Positions 1 to 10,865 of a stretch of DNA of 59,597 bases are shown here, piece after piece. The notes beneath the pieces were generated by a model. It had not been told where the DNA came from. It was given only the letters and a program-made list of their open reading frames with translations, and searched no databases. Position 1 is the stretch's first letter. Each line of letters opens with the position of its first letter. Source of the DNA: Osedax symbiont Rs2 (GTDB lineage Bacteria; Pseudomonadota; Gammaproteobacteria; Pseudomonadales; Balneatricaceae); the NCBI GenBank assembly GCA_000416315.1, contig ASZI01000221.1, positions 1 to 59,597 of the forward strand, in the 5' to 3' direction. The translations under genes and the position numbers were made by a program.

Positions 1-30
1 GGCTAAAAAAGATATTTATGCTGAAGGGAG

Positions 31-65
31 AGTTACGTTCGCCAATTTTAATAGCAAACGTAACT
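31..65 (-). terminator. 3' stem-loop after glyS (mRNA-end hairpin / possible terminator)
   Basis: AGTTACGTT...AACGTAACT inverted repeat 13 nt past the glyS stop. The two C/A mismatches become G-U pairs on the minus strand. No long U tract. Confidence 0.45.
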
Positions 66-78
66 ATGTTTTTGCAGG

Positions 79-2160
79 CTAATTTAGCAGCGAGATATCC
101 GCTATTTGTAAAAACAGCTGGCGCAACTTTTGTAGCAGAGCAAGACGATTCTGCGCAATCGCCTGATCCTTTGTCATCACCATTACGTTATCAAAGAAAT
201 GATCTATAGGTTGCTGCAAACTGGCCAGCAACGTTAGCGCACCACGATAATCTGAATTTTCAAACAGCGGAGTTAATTTTGTGGTCAGGGCATTCAAGCA
301 ACTGTCCAGTTCTATCTCTGCGGTTTCAGTTAACAAACTGCTATCGATTGTCAGTTGGCTGTTTAGTTGCTGCTTATCGAGAATGTTTGAAACGCGTTTA
401 TTTGCCGCACTCAGCGATTGTGCCGCCGCTAATGTGCGAAAGTGCTCGACTGCAGTTACCCGTTGATCGAAATCTAAAGGCCTGGTAGGCGCTAAGGCTG
501 CAACAGCAAGATAAGTATCAATGCGTATAGCACGATCCTCATAATAGGCTCTGAGGCGCTCTAACATGAATACAACCACTTGTTCTGAAATCTTTTGCTT
601 ATCCTTTTCTGCAATGGCGATATGTTGCACAACGGCCAGCTCGACCAGTTGCTGCAGGTTTAAGTTAAGCTTTTGCTCGATGATAATGCGCAGTACCCCA
701 ACTGTTGCCCGGCGCAGTGCAAAAGGATCTTTTGAGCCAGTGGGGGGCTGACCTATACCAAACATACCGGTCAAGGTATCTAGTTTGTCTGCGAGTGCCA
801 GGGCTATGCCAGTTTTAGTAGCAGGTAATTGATCACCGGCAAACTTTGGTAAGTACTGTTCGAAGATGGCCTGCGCCACTTCGGCATCTTCACCATCATT
901 TAAGGCGTAGTGATAGCCCATCAGTCCCTGCAAATCGGTGAATTCAAACACCATATCTGTAACTAAGTCGGTTTTCGCTAGTACCGCTGCGCGCTCGGCC
1001 TTTTGTTGGTCGCCACCGATCAGTTGTGTGATATGACTAGCCAGAGCAGCTGTTCGTTGACTCTTCTCATAAACAGTCCCCAGTTGCTGCTGGAAAACTA
1101 TCTTCTTCAATTCATCACAGCGTGAATGCAGGCTGATTTTCTTGTCATTTTCGAAGAAAAATTTTGCATCAGCGAGCCTCGGGCGAATAACTTTTTCGTT
1201 CCCGGCTATTACCTTAGCGCGATCTTTGGATTCTATATTACTGATAGTAATGAAATTTGGCATTAATTTGCCTGTTTCGTCAGTAGTATAAAAATATTTT
1301 TGGTGCTCTTTCATTGATAAAATCAATGCTTCTTGAGGTACTGATAGAAATTCTTTATCAAAAGCACCGCTCAGTGCTATCGGCCATTCATTGAGCCCGG
1401 TGACCTCATCAAGCAAGTCATCCTCAATATGTGCGATACAATTAATCAGTGCCGCCTGCTCTTTTACCTGCTGCACTATCTTGTCTCTACGCTTGCTAAA
1501 GTCGGCAATCACGTAAGCTTGCTGCAGCTTGTCTTCATACTCAGCCGGGTTATTAATAGTGATTGGCTGGAGATGATGGAATCTATGGCCGCGGCTTTGG
1601 TTGCTGGCCTGGGCGCCGAGAATTTCACACTCGATGACAGTTTCATCAAATAACATTACCAGCCATTGAACCGGGCGGACGAATTCAAGTTTGCTGGCCC
1701 CCCAGCGCATTCGCTTGGCTATCGGCAGCTTGTTTAGAGAATGTTCAACGATCGCCGGCATCAATGCTGCCAACGGTTTCGCAGCTATCTCCTGGCTGTA
1801 ACTGATTTTTCCGTTCAGTTCGCCCAGTTGATTGAGCTCGGCATTATTTTTCTTTGCAAAACCAATTAATGCTTTGCTTGGGTTACCTTCAGCGTCGTAG
1901 CAAATTTTAATCGGCGGACCTTGTACGCTATTTAATGAAGCAGGTATTTCGTCGATCAGGCCGCTAATCTTTACGGCAAGGCGCCGCGGTGTGGCGAAGT
2001 TTTCGATCTTACAGTCGGCTAATAACGTTTGAGCATCTTTACCCAACTCTGCTTTGAGACCGTCAATGATTCCTCTGCTGAAAGCTTTGGAAAGTTTCTG
2101 TAGTGACATGGGGGGTAGTTCAGCAGTTCCAAGCTCAACTAGGAAATCTACGGCAGCCAT
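79..2160 (-). CDS. glyS: Glycine--tRNA ligase beta subunit
   Basis: 693 aa; N-terminal FLVELGTAELPP, KRMRWG..FVRPVQWLV, GNEKVIRPRLADAKFFF, TGSKDPFALRR; start overlaps the glyQ stop. Confidence 0.97.
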   Translation of the reverse strand: MAAVDFLVELGTAELPPMSLQKLSKAFSRGIIDGLKAELGKDAQTLLADCKIENFATPRRLAVKISGLIDEIPASLNSVQGPPIKICYDAEGNPSKALIGFAKKNNAELNQLGELNGKISYSQEIAAKPLAALMPAIVEHSLNKLPIAKRMRWGASKLEFVRPVQWLVMLFDETVIECEILGAQASNQSRGHRFHHLQPITINNPAEYEDKLQQAYVIADFSKRRDKIVQQVKEQAALINCIAHIEDDLLDEVTGLNEWPIALSGAFDKEFLSVPQEALILSMKEHQKYFYTTDETGKLMPNFITISNIESKDRAKVIAGNEKVIRPRLADAKFFFENDKKISLHSRCDELKKIVFQQQLGTVYEKSQRTAALASHITQLIGGDQQKAERAAVLAKTDLVTDMVFEFTDLQGLMGYHYALNDGEDAEVAQAIFEQYLPKFAGDQLPATKTGIALALADKLDTLTGMFGIGQPPTGSKDPFALRRATVGVLRIIIEQKLNLNLQQLVELAVVQHIAIAEKDKQKISEQVVVFMLERLRAYYEDRAIRIDTYLAVAALAPTRPLDFDQRVTAVEHFRTLAAAQSLSAANKRVSNILDKQQLNSQLTIDSSLLTETAEIELDSCLNALTTKLTPLFENSDYRGALTLLASLQQPIDHFFDNVMVMTKDQAIAQNRLALLQKLRQLFLQIADISLLN

Positions 2161-3122
2161 TATTTACTCTCCTCTAATGCAGCTAATGCTTCAAGACGTA
2201 TTGATTCTTCTGCGAGCGGGAAGCCTAATTTTGCCCTGGAAGCTAAGTAGGCTTCAGCAACTCCGCGGGTAAGGGTGCGCACTCGTAGGATGTATCTCTG
2301 TCTCTCGGTCACTGAAATCGCCTTTCTTGCATCGAGCAGATTAAAAGTATGAGAGGCTTTCAGTGTTTGCTCGTAAGCGGGCAGTGGTAAATTAGCCGCT
2401 AACAGCTTAATGCATTCGCGCTCGTGAAAGTCGAATGTCGAAAATAGCTGTTCTACATCTGCGTGCTCGAAGTTATAGGTAGACTGCTCAACTTCATTTT
2501 GATGAAAGACATCACCGTAGGAGATGCTTTTTCCATCCGGGGTTATTGCCCAAACCAAATCGTAAACGCTCTCTACGTCCTGGATGTACATCGCCAGGCG
2601 CTCCAGACCATAAGTTAGCTCGCCGGTAACCGGATAGCACTCTAATCCACCAACCTGTTGAAAATAGGTGAACTGCGATACTTCCATGCCGTCCAGCCAA
2701 ACTTCCCAGCCAAGACCCCATGCCCCTAATGTAGGAGACTCCCAGTTATCTTCGACAAAGCGAATATCGTGAACCAAAGGGTCGACACCGAGCGCTTCTA
2801 AAGAGCCTAAGTATAGTTCTTGGATGTTGTCAGGGGAGGGTTTTAAGACCGTCTGAAACTGATAGTAATGCTGTAGTCGGTTGGGGTTTTCCCCATAGCG
2901 GCCATCAGTTGGGCGCCTACTAGGTTGCACATAAGCTGCTTTCCACGACTCCGGGCCAATGGCGCGTAAAAATGTAGCTGGGTGGAAAGTCCCGGCCCCG
3001 ACTTCCATATCTAAAGGTTGTATTACCACACAGCCATGTTTTGACCAGTATGTCTGTAATGCAAGAATTAAATCTTGGAAGGTAGCTCCTTTGGGTGCCG
3101 GCGTAGCAGTCACAATGTTCAC
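2160..3122 (-). CDS. glyQ: Glycine--tRNA ligase alpha subunit
   Basis: 320 aa; [48 protein letters not shown]; GTG start. Confidence 0.98.
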   Translation of the reverse strand: MNIVTATPAPKGATFQDLILALQTYWSKHGCVVIQPLDMEVGAGTFHPATFLRAIGPESWKAAYVQPSRRPTDGRYGENPNRLQHYYQFQTVLKPSPDNIQELYLGSLEALGVDPLVHDIRFVEDNWESPTLGAWGLGWEVWLDGMEVSQFTYFQQVGGLECYPVTGELTYGLERLAMYIQDVESVYDLVWAITPDGKSISYGDVFHQNEVEQSTYNFEHADVEQLFSTFDFHERECIKLLAANLPLPAYEQTLKASHTFNLLDARKAISVTERQRYILRVRTLTRGVAEAYLASRAKLGFPLAEESIRLEALAALEESK

Positions 3123-3337
3123 CTGTATTTTAGTTTATGGTTAATGTAGGTAAGTTTTTCCAGCAATGGAAAAAATAAGGCGAGAATTATACAACAATAT
3201 TTGTTTTTTAGTTTCATCTGAGGACAAATAATTCTAGAAGTTAGTGTCCCCAGACTATTCGTCCCCGCTTGAGTGTTTGGCTATTCCCCATAAAGCGCGG
3301 CACTGAATTGCATGCTACTGATCTGGGGTAGCGCAGT

Positions 3338-3784
3338 TCAGTAGTCTAAGGTTAAATACTCTAGAATATCTATAACTTGTTCGGTGTTTTGGGCCACGGC
3401 TCTAGCAGCGGCGTCTATTTCTTTCAGAGGATGAATAATGTCATCGGCATGCTCAACTATCAGAGCTTTGCCCTTGGCTATTGCCAGGCCCGCATCAAAT
3501 GCCGCATTCCACTGTTTATATTTGTCTCCAAATCTGACGACTACGATGTCGGCACGATCTATGGCCGCCATCTGCCTGATGCTATTGATTTTTGCCGCTT
3601 TGTGATCCTTCCAAAAATTACTGCTCTCAGCTCCCAGAATATTTTCTGCGCAGTCATCGCTAGATTGATGATCGGTGTTGGGTGTCAAAAGAGTGATTGG
3701 CAGTTTTTTATCGCTTACCGCCTGTTTAATTTTTTCACGCCAGTCACTGTGTATTTCGCCGGATAGATAGACTGTATATTGCAT
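3338..3784 (-). CDS. YtoQ family protein (nucleoside 2-deoxyribosyltransferase-like fold)
   Basis: VYLSGEIHSDWRE, VVVRFGDKYKQWNAAFDAG and HPLKEID are typical YtoQ motifs; ATG at 3784 preferred over GTG at 3793. Confidence 0.8.
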   Translation of the reverse strand: MQYTVYLSGEIHSDWREKIKQAVSDKKLPITLLTPNTDHQSSDDCAENILGAESSNFWKDHKAAKINSIRQMAAIDRADIVVVRFGDKYKQWNAAFDAGLAIAKGKALIVEHADDIIHPLKEIDAAARAVAQNTEQVIDILEYLTLDY

Positions 3785-3922
3785 TGTTATCACCTTTATT
3801 ATTTATTTTGTTTTAGCGGATCGCAACTGGGGTTGTTTGTATTGCGCAGCTGAAATATTAAGTAATTTCCCGGCACGCATTATATAATGCCTCGCCTTAT
3901 ACTCGAGAGGTTTTTTAGCGCC

Positions 3923-4813
3923 ATGCGATATATTAAAGTTATTTTTGGGCTTTTTTTCTTGTTTTTTATGGCTCTGCTTCCCCTGGCCGTCTGTCAGTCA
4001 TTTGGTCGCTTGTTGGCTAAGTTGATGTACTCACAAAAACACTCCCGAAGCTACACTGTCTCAAAGCGTAACATTGATAGCTGTTTTCCCGCATTATCTG
4101 TGGGCGATAAAGAGCGGTTGCTAAAGTCTAGTTTGGAGCATACTGCTATGTCATACGCTGAAATGGGCATGTCATGGCTGTGGCCTACTTCTATGTCTCT
4201 TGCCACAGTCACTAGTGTTAAAGGCGAGCAGCTATTAATAGACGCAGTTGCCCAGGGCAGGGGGGTTCTTATTATTGCGCCGCACATTGGCAACTGGGAA
4301 GTACTGAATCTGTTTGCCTCTGATAGGTATGCAATTACAGTGCTCTACAAACAACCTAAATTGCAGTTCTTTGATTGGCTCATCAATAAAATGCGTAAAA
4401 GACTCGGCGGTGATATGGCTCCGGCCAATGCAGCGGGGGTCAAAAAATTGATTAAAAAATTGCGTGGCAACGGGGTCATTGCAATTTTGCCAGATCAGGA
4501 ACCCGCAACAGGCAGCGGTCAATTCAGTGCGTTTTTTCAGCACCCTGCATATACTATGACCTTGCTATCGCAACTTGCCAAGAAAACCCAGTGCAAAGTG
4601 ATTGCCGGAGTTGCCTTACGTGAACAGGGAGGTAAGGGCTTTGCTATAGAATTTAGTGAGGTAGATCCGCAGATTAATAGTAGTGAGATGAGTGTATCTC
4701 TGGCTGTTTTAAATAACACTATTGAGTCTATAGCTGCAGCTAACCCTGAGCAGTATCAATGGGAATACAAGAGATTCAAGAAACCCCCGCCAGGGGCTGG
4801 CAAGTTTTACTGA
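3923..4813 (+). CDS. Lipid A biosynthesis acyltransferase (LpxL/HtrB family)
   Basis: PHIGNWE, ILPDQEP and PEQYQWEYKRFK motifs; N-terminal hydrophobic helix; same position as in Pseudomonas near glyQ; alternative start 3887. Confidence 0.88.
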   Translation: MRYIKVIFGLFFLFFMALLPLAVCQSFGRLLAKLMYSQKHSRSYTVSKRNIDSCFPALSVGDKERLLKSSLEHTAMSYAEMGMSWLWPTSMSLATVTSVKGEQLLIDAVAQGRGVLIIAPHIGNWEVLNLFASDRYAITVLYKQPKLQFFDWLINKMRKRLGGDMAPANAAGVKKLIKKLRGNGVIAILPDQEPATGSGQFSAFFQHPAYTMTLLSQLAKKTQCKVIAGVALREQGGKGFAIEFSEVDPQINSSEMSVSLAVLNNTIESIAAANPEQYQWEYKRFKKPPPGAGKFY

Positions 4814-4825
4814 ATCCCTGCTCTG

Positions 4826-6274
4826 TTATCGGCGCCAGAATATGGGAGAAAACAGTATCAATAATGTAAACACCTCGAGTCGGCCCAGCAGCATTGAAAA
4901 GCACAGAACCCATTTTGCTGTATCATTTATACCGCCATAGTTAGTTGCTACGTCTCCGAGTCCCGGGCCCAAATTATTGAGTGTGGCCGCAACGGCGGAC
5001 CATGCAGTTATCTGATCCAGTCCGGTAGCCATCAAGGCTAATAGCATCAGCACAAACATCATCATATACACTGAGAAGAACCCCCAGACACCTTGCAGGA
5101 TTTTTTCTGAAACTGGTTTTTGACTGAGTTTTACCGGGAACACTGCATTGGGGTGAACCAGTCTTTTAATTTCTCTGTGTCCTTGCTTAAATATCAGTAA
5201 TACCCTGATTATCTTCATGCCTCCCGCTGTTGACCCTGCGCAACCTCCGGCAAATGCAGTCAGCATCAACATAAACGGCAGTACTGTTGGCCAGCTGGTG
5301 AAATCAGTGGTGGCGAAGCCAGTGGTGGTTGCGATGGATATTGCCATAAAAATTGACTCACTTATGGCTTTTAACGGCTCATAGGTTTTAGTCACTGTTA
5401 AAATGCTGACACTGACAATAATTGTCAATAACAAGGTTGTTATGAAAAATTTCACTTCTGGATCTTGCCAGTAATGGCTAAGTGATTTTCTGCGCCAGGC
5501 AAAAAAGTGCAAGCTGAAATTGAGCGCCGATACAATCATGAAGATACTGGCAATGGACTCAATCAATTGGCTGTCGAAGTAGCCTATGCTCTGATCGTGG
5601 GTAGAGAAGCCGCCAATAGCCACGGTAGAGAAGCTGTGGGTGAGTGCATCGAAAAAGCTCATCCCCGCCAACCAATAGCTAATAGTGCAAACTAAGGTCA
5701 AGGTCGCATATATGTACCAGAGCGCTTTTGCGGTCTCGGCAATACGTGGCGTCAATTTACTGTCTTTAACCGGGCCTGGTGTCTCGGCGCGATATAACTG
5801 CATGCCACCAATGCCCAGCATCGGCAAAATTGCGACAGCCAGCACGATAATCCCCATGCCGCCAAGCCACTGTAGTTGCTGTCGGTAGAAGAGGATCGAT
5901 TTTGGTAGCTCGTCTATCCCGGTAATCACCGTTGCTCCGGTGGTGGTCAGTCCCGACATAGATTCGAACATGGCATCTACTATGCTTAAGTTTAACTCTT
6001 CTGCCAGGGCGAAAGGAATGGAGCCAAAGATGCTTAATACCAGCCAGAACATCACTGTCACTACAAAACCGTCTCTGGTCCTAAGATCTTGTGAGACATT
6101 GTGGGCTGGCAACCAGAATATGAATCCTGTTGTGAAGGTAATACCCAGGCACAGATAAAATATCGAGTGCACTCCGTCCTCGTAGATATGTGATACCAGG
6201 GCAGGGGGAATCATAGTGATACTGAAGATCATCAATAAGATACCGAGTATTCTTAATATTATTCTGTAATGCAT
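4826..6274 (-). CDS. trkH: Trk potassium uptake membrane protein
   Basis: 482 aa polytopic protein; FESMSGLTTTGAT, QWLGGMGII, GGCAGSTAGGMK, LNNLGPGLG, MLLGRLE. Confidence 0.96.
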   Translation of the reverse strand: MHYRIILRILGILLMIFSITMIPPALVSHIYEDGVHSIFYLCLGITFTTGFIFWLPAHNVSQDLRTRDGFVVTVMFWLVLSIFGSIPFALAEELNLSIVDAMFESMSGLTTTGATVITGIDELPKSILFYRQQLQWLGGMGIIVLAVAILPMLGIGGMQLYRAETPGPVKDSKLTPRIAETAKALWYIYATLTLVCTISYWLAGMSFFDALTHSFSTVAIGGFSTHDQSIGYFDSQLIESIASIFMIVSALNFSLHFFAWRRKSLSHYWQDPEVKFFITTLLLTIIVSVSILTVTKTYEPLKAISESIFMAISIATTTGFATTDFTSWPTVLPFMLMLTAFAGGCAGSTAGGMKIIRVLLIFKQGHREIKRLVHPNAVFPVKLSQKPVSEKILQGVWGFFSVYMMMFVLMLLALMATGLDQITAWSAVAATLNNLGPGLGDVATNYGGINDTAKWVLCFSMLLGRLEVFTLLILFSPIFWRR

Positions 6275-6371
6275 AATAATTAACTGCTAGTAAATGAGTG
6301 GGTTCTGCGGTTGTTTTGTATTTGTTTTCTGCATAGCGACCAAACTACTGCCGCAGTGTCATTTGCTGTTC

Positions 6372-7748
6372 CTAGAAAAATGCCAGGCCAACTTGGAATA
6401 ACTTTTCAATTTCATGAATTTTGTTTTTGTCTACCAGGAACAAGATCAAGTGGTCGTCATTTTCTACTACGACGTGATCGTGGGCAATAATTACTTTTTC
6501 ATCTCTTACCAGCGCGCCTATGGTTGTTCCCAGCGGCAGCTCAATATCGCGCAGTGCCTTGCCAACCACTTTTGAGCTGTGTTGATCACCGTGAGCTACA
6601 ACTTCCATTACTTCTGCTGCCCCTCTTCTGAGGGAGTGAACCGCAGCGACGTCGCCCTTTCTGACATGGGTGAGTAATGCGCCAATGGTTGTCTGCTGTG
6701 GTGAAATTGCGATATCAATAACACCACCTTGTACCAAGTCTACATAAGCGGGATTGTTAATCAGTGTCATCACGGTTTTAGCGCCCATTTTCTTGGCTAG
6801 CATAGAGGCCATTATGTTGGCTTCGTCATCGTTAGTCAGAGCGCAAAACACATCGGTATCTTCGATGTTTTCCTCCAGTAGCAAATCTCGATCAGATGCA
6901 TTTCCGTGCAAAACAATGGTTTTTGTCAAAGTGTTAGCGAGGGTGTTACACCTGTCTAACATGCGCTCAATTATCTTTACCTTAAAATCGTTTTCAATAG
7001 AGGCGGCCAATCTCATGCCGATGTTACCACCGCCGGCTATCAATATTCTTTTATAGGGGTTGTCCAAGCGCCTCAACTCACCCATAACCGGAAGAATATC
7101 TTCTGTGGCTGCGATAAAGAATACTTCGTCATCCACCTCAATCACGGTATCCCCTGCAGGGGTGATAGGGCTGCCCTTGCGAAATATAGCGGCAACTCTG
7201 GTGTCTATATTGGGCATATGTTGCTTTAGGAAAGAGATTTGATTTCCAACCAGGGGGCCTCCATGGTAAGCCTTAACAGCCACCAGTTGGGCTTTTCCAT
7301 CTGCAAAATCTAAAACTTGCAGAGCTCCCGGTCGCTCGATCAGCCGTTTCACATTGGTAGTGACAAGTTGTTCAGGGCTGATGATTACATTGACAGGTAC
7401 GGCATCTTTACAAAATATTTTTTTTGCATACTTTATGTAATCATGGCTTCGAACGCGCGCAATTTTGGTCGGTGTTTTATACAGAGTTTGTGCCAGTTGA
7501 CAGGCAATCATATTGACTTCATCACTGCTGGTGACTGCGATCAGCATATCTGCATCTTCGGCGCCGGCCCTCTGTAAAGTGCCGGGATAGGAGGCCATGC
7601 CTTCAACAGTACTTATATCAAGTCTGTCCTGCAGCTCTCTGAGGCGATCCGCATCCCTGTCAACGATGGTGATGTCATTGGCTTCGCTGGCTAGATTTTC
7701 TGCTAGCGTTCCGCCGACCTGGCCCGCGCCGAGAATGATGATTTTCAT
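6372..7748 (-). CDS. trkA: Trk system NAD-binding regulatory subunit
   Basis: 458 aa; [12 protein letters not shown] and IAGGGNIG Rossmann motifs; tandem RCK domains. Confidence 0.97.
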   Translation of the reverse strand: MKIIILGAGQVGGTLAENLASEANDITIVDRDADRLRELQDRLDISTVEGMASYPGTLQRAGAEDADMLIAVTSSDEVNMIACQLAQTLYKTPTKIARVRSHDYIKYAKKIFCKDAVPVNVIISPEQLVTTNVKRLIERPGALQVLDFADGKAQLVAVKAYHGGPLVGNQISFLKQHMPNIDTRVAAIFRKGSPITPAGDTVIEVDDEVFFIAATEDILPVMGELRRLDNPYKRILIAGGGNIGMRLAASIENDFKVKIIERMLDRCNTLANTLTKTIVLHGNASDRDLLLEENIEDTDVFCALTNDDEANIMASMLAKKMGAKTVMTLINNPAYVDLVQGGVIDIAISPQQTTIGALLTHVRKGDVAAVHSLRRGAAEVMEVVAHGDQHSSKVVGKALRDIELPLGTTIGALVRDEKVIIAHDHVVVENDDHLILFLVDKNKIHEIEKLFQVGLAFF

Positions 7749-7837
7749 ATAGGTTGCTCAGTTGTCATTGTTAGTGGCATTTTAATATAAATTATTTGCA
7801 GCAAGTGATCAGTATAATTGTTATATAGTCATTGTCA

Positions 7838-9139
7838 TTAAGCATCGGTTTTTTCAATAATCGCGTAATAAAATCCATCGTTGGCATCTGCTTCAGGAAA
7901 CAATTGACGGCCATGTTTCCTGCTTAAGCCCCAGTTTCGGTTAATCTCTATATGTTTTGCATTGGTGTTTTCTCGTAAAAAACTGGCAATTATCTTTTCA
8001 TTTTCTTGGGGGAAAATTGAACAGGTTGCATAAATCAATCGACCTCCATTGTGTAGCAGGCCCCATAAGTTTTGCAAAATGGCTTTTTGTACTTTAACAA
8101 TGCTGTGTATATCTTCTGACTTGCGCAGTAGCTTAATGTCCGGATTGCGTCGTATCACTCCGGTTGCACTGCAAGGTGCGTCCAGCAGTATTTTGTCGAA
8201 CAGTTTTTCACCCCACCATAGGCGATTGGTGGCATCCCCTATATGCAAGGTGCAGGCCAAGCCGATCCTCTGGAAGTTCTCAGTAATTTTGTCAGCGCGA
8301 TGCTGTTCTAATTCCAGGCCTTGAAAACTTGTTGTTTTCTCTTGGTTTAGCTCTAACATATGCAGTAGCTTACCACCCGGTGCGCTGCAGGCATCGAGTA
8401 TTTTTTCACCTGGCTGTGGATTTACAAGGCCAGCTGCTAACTGTGCGGCTTCATCCTGGACACTAAACTCACCGGTTGAGAAGCCTTCAATGGCAGTAAC
8501 ATCAGTTGGGTTTTGCAAAACAATGCCGAATTCTGAATGTTCTGTTTTCTTGGCCTCGATATCCTGGCTTTGTAATTTTTCTAGTAATGTTTCACGTGAA
8601 ACTTTGCTGAGATTTGTTCTCAATGTCAGTGGAGGGTGCAGGTCATTAGCAGCGAGGATAGATTCCCATTGCTCTGGCCAGTTGTGTTTTAGCTTCTCAA
8701 TAAACCATTGCGGGTGGTTGTATTTAAAAGAGTTATCAGAGCAGAGTTGTTCAATTAGCTGGCTCTGTTGTCTTTGGAAGTTTCGCAAAGTGGCGTTAAC
8801 AAGGGATGTCGCCCAAGGTTTCTTAAGTGATTTGCAAACATCTACAGTTTCACTGATAGCGGCGTGGTCAGCAATCCTTAGTTTGTAGAGTTGATAGATG
8901 CCGATTAATAGCAGTGCTTGAATGTCTGCATCTTTTGCTCTGATCGGCTTGCTAACCAGCTTGTTTAAGATGCACTGCAGTTGTGGATAATAGCGCATAC
9001 TGCCATAACAGAGTTGCTGCAACAAAGGCTTAAGATTGTCAGGGCAGTCGATCAAATTTTTTTGCAGAGAATATTTTAAGGCTCCGCTGTTGCAAAGCAG
9101 CGGAGCGAGAGTTTTAACAGCGAGTAGTCTGACGTTCAT
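7838..9139 (-). CDS. rsmB: 16S rRNA m5C967 methyltransferase
   Basis: NusB-like N-terminus, SVQDEAAQ, LDACSAPGGK, LLDAPCSATGVIRRNPD, YATCS; follows fmt. Confidence 0.96.
   Translation of the reverse strand: MNVRLLAVKTLAPLLCNSGALKYSLQKNLIDCPDNLKPLLQQLCYGSMRYYPQLQCILNKLVSKPIRAKDADIQALLLIGIYQLYKLRIADHAAISETVDVCKSLKKPWATSLVNATLRNFQRQQSQLIEQLCSDNSFKYNHPQWFIEKLKHNWPEQWESILAANDLHPPLTLRTNLSKVSRETLLEKLQSQDIEAKKTEHSEFGIVLQNPTDVTAIEGFSTGEFSVQDEAAQLAAGLVNPQPGEKILDACSAPGGKLLHMLELNQEKTTSFQGLELEQHRADKITENFQRIGLACTLHIGDATNRLWWGEKLFDKILLDAPCSATGVIRRNPDIKLLRKSEDIHSIVKVQKAILQNLWGLLHNGGRLIYATCSIFPQENEKIIASFLRENTNAKHIEINRNWGLSRKHGRQLFPEADANDGFYYAIIEKTDA
8588..8603. promoter_or_regulatory. parS-like centromere site inside rsmB
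   Basis: TGTTTCACGTGAAACT, 15/16 match to consensus TGTTTCACGTGAAACA; encodes the KVSRETL segment on the minus strand. Confidence 0.75.
8982..8990 (-). promoter_or_regulatory. Perfect DnaA box within rsmB
   Basis: TGTGGATAA = reverse complement of TTATCCACA; a single 9-mer in coding sequence may be chance. Confidence 0.3.
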
Positions 9140-10128
9140 AGTTGAGTAGTTTCTGCTAAAAGGGTTATAAAGCGGTTGCCTGGAGAGAAAAGCTGACGCT
9201 TTGAATTGATCAAATCTCTAGCGCTAAGTTGTTTTCCGCCAGGGACTTGCAGTGATTTAATGAGAATTTTTGTGCCACCTTTACAATACACCTCGATGCC
9301 CAGTTTATCAGCTGCGCAAATGCTGCCGATTAAACTTGTATCAAACAGCGGGTCTATGTCGCAGTTGCTGGTGCTTGCATCCCACAGCCTGATAACCGTT
9401 TCGCCAATGTAAGAAAAGGCCACAGGTCGAGGCGACAAACCTCTGATTAATAGAGATATCTGCTGAGCGTCTAGGTTCCAGTCGATTAGGCCCTCAGCTT
9501 TGAATAGCTTACTTGCGTAACATGCTAGCTGATCGTCTTGGCGGGGTGCTGTGCTAGTGCCATTGGCAATTTGTGTAAGAGTTTCGAGAAGAGCGCTACA
9601 GCCAACGGGAACTAGCGCGTCATGTAATTCGCCGCTGGTCATGGTTTCTGAAATCTCGATAGTCTGCTTGTGTAGCATGTCACCGGTATCCAGGCCTTTG
9701 TCCATTTGCATAATGGTTACCCCAGTGGCTGGATCGCCAGCCAACAGTGCTCGTTCGATAGGGGCGGCTCCTCTCCACTTGGGTAATAAGGACGCATGCA
9801 CGTTAATGCAACCGAGTTTTGGGGTGTTTAATACAGATTCAGGTAATAGTATTCCATAGGCCACCACCACCATGATATCGGCATTCAAGTCAGCAAGTTG
9901 CTGAATGCTATGTGGGTCTTTAAAATTAACTGGTTGATAGACGGGAATGTCATGACTTAGTGAGAGTTTCTTGACAGCGCTTTGAGTGATTTTTTTGCCT
10001 CTACCGGAGCGGCGGTCGGGTTGTGTGTAACTGGCAACAACCTGATGCTGACTACCGAGGAGGGCAGAGAGTGATTGAGCTGCAAACTCTGGGGTTCCGG
10101 CGAATACGATTTTAAGTGATTTCGACAT
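9136..10128 (-). CDS. fmt: Methionyl-tRNA formyltransferase
   Basis: KIVFAGTPEFA, YTQPDRRSGRG, INVHASLLPKWRGAAPI; between def and rsmB. Confidence 0.97.
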   Translation of the reverse strand: MSKSLKIVFAGTPEFAAQSLSALLGSQHQVVASYTQPDRRSGRGKKITQSAVKKLSLSHDIPVYQPVNFKDPHSIQQLADLNADIMVVVAYGILLPESVLNTPKLGCINVHASLLPKWRGAAPIERALLAGDPATGVTIMQMDKGLDTGDMLHKQTIEISETMTSGELHDALVPVGCSALLETLTQIANGTSTAPRQDDQLACYASKLFKAEGLIDWNLDAQQISLLIRGLSPRPVAFSYIGETVIRLWDASTSNCDIDPLFDTSLIGSICAADKLGIEVYCKGGTKILIKSLQVPGGKQLSARDLINSKRQLFSPGNRFITLLAETTQL

Positions 10129-10163
10129 CTTGTACCTGTGTGCGGGACATTGAGTGGGTGAGG

Positions 10164-10670
10164 TTAGTGTTGCTGTCGGTGGAGTTTCTCTAACTTAGAT
10201 TTGATTCTGCCGCGTTTCAACTTAGAGAGGTAATCGACAAATAACTTGCCGTCTAAGTGGTCTATCTCGTGCTGAATACAAACAGCAAGAAGCTCAGTGG
10301 CTTCAAAGTTGATTGCCTTGCCCGTTTTGTCCAGGGCCTGCACTTGGATATGTCTGGCTCTTTCAATTTCTTCATAGAAACCCGGAATTGAAAGGCATCC
10401 CTCTTGCATTTTGTCTGTGTCAGAATCTATTATGCTAAAGTTGGGGTTGATTAAAACCAGTGGTTGGTTCTTTTCTTCCGATATATCAATTGTAATTATC
10501 CGCTGGTGAATATCTACTTGGGTAGCTGCCAGTCCTATGCCCGGTGCCTGGTACATAGTTTCAAACATGTCGTCAATGATGTTGCCGATTGCATCATCAA
10601 ACTTTAGTACGTCGCTGGCTATAGTTCGCAGCTTGGGATCGGGAAATTCCAATATAGTCAATAGAGCCAT
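10164..10670 (-). CDS. def: Peptide deformylase
   Basis: [14 protein letters not shown] and QHEIDHLDG motifs; start reset to [12 protein letters not shown] (ATG 10670). Confidence 0.97.
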   Translation of the reverse strand: MALLTILEFPDPKLRTIASDVLKFDDAIGNIIDDMFETMYQAPGIGLAATQVDIHQRIITIDISEEKNQPLVLINPNFSIIDSDTDKMQEGCLSIPGFYEEIERARHIQVQALDKTGKAINFEATELLAVCIQHEIDHLDGKLFVDYLSKLKRGRIKSKLEKLHRQQH

Positions 10671-10865
10671 AATAACTAACCAATTCATATATAGATTGTG
10701 GCGAAAATTACCGCAATTTTTCTGCATGTATTATACTGAGTCTTGAGCGAGTTTTGTTAGTCAATTTTGCGCTTTTTTTAGCTGTGGCGTATTATCATTT
10801 GCTGAGTACAGAATATTCTGTTATCAGTGTGTTAACTTTCATTTTTAAGTATTACTGAGGCTGTT

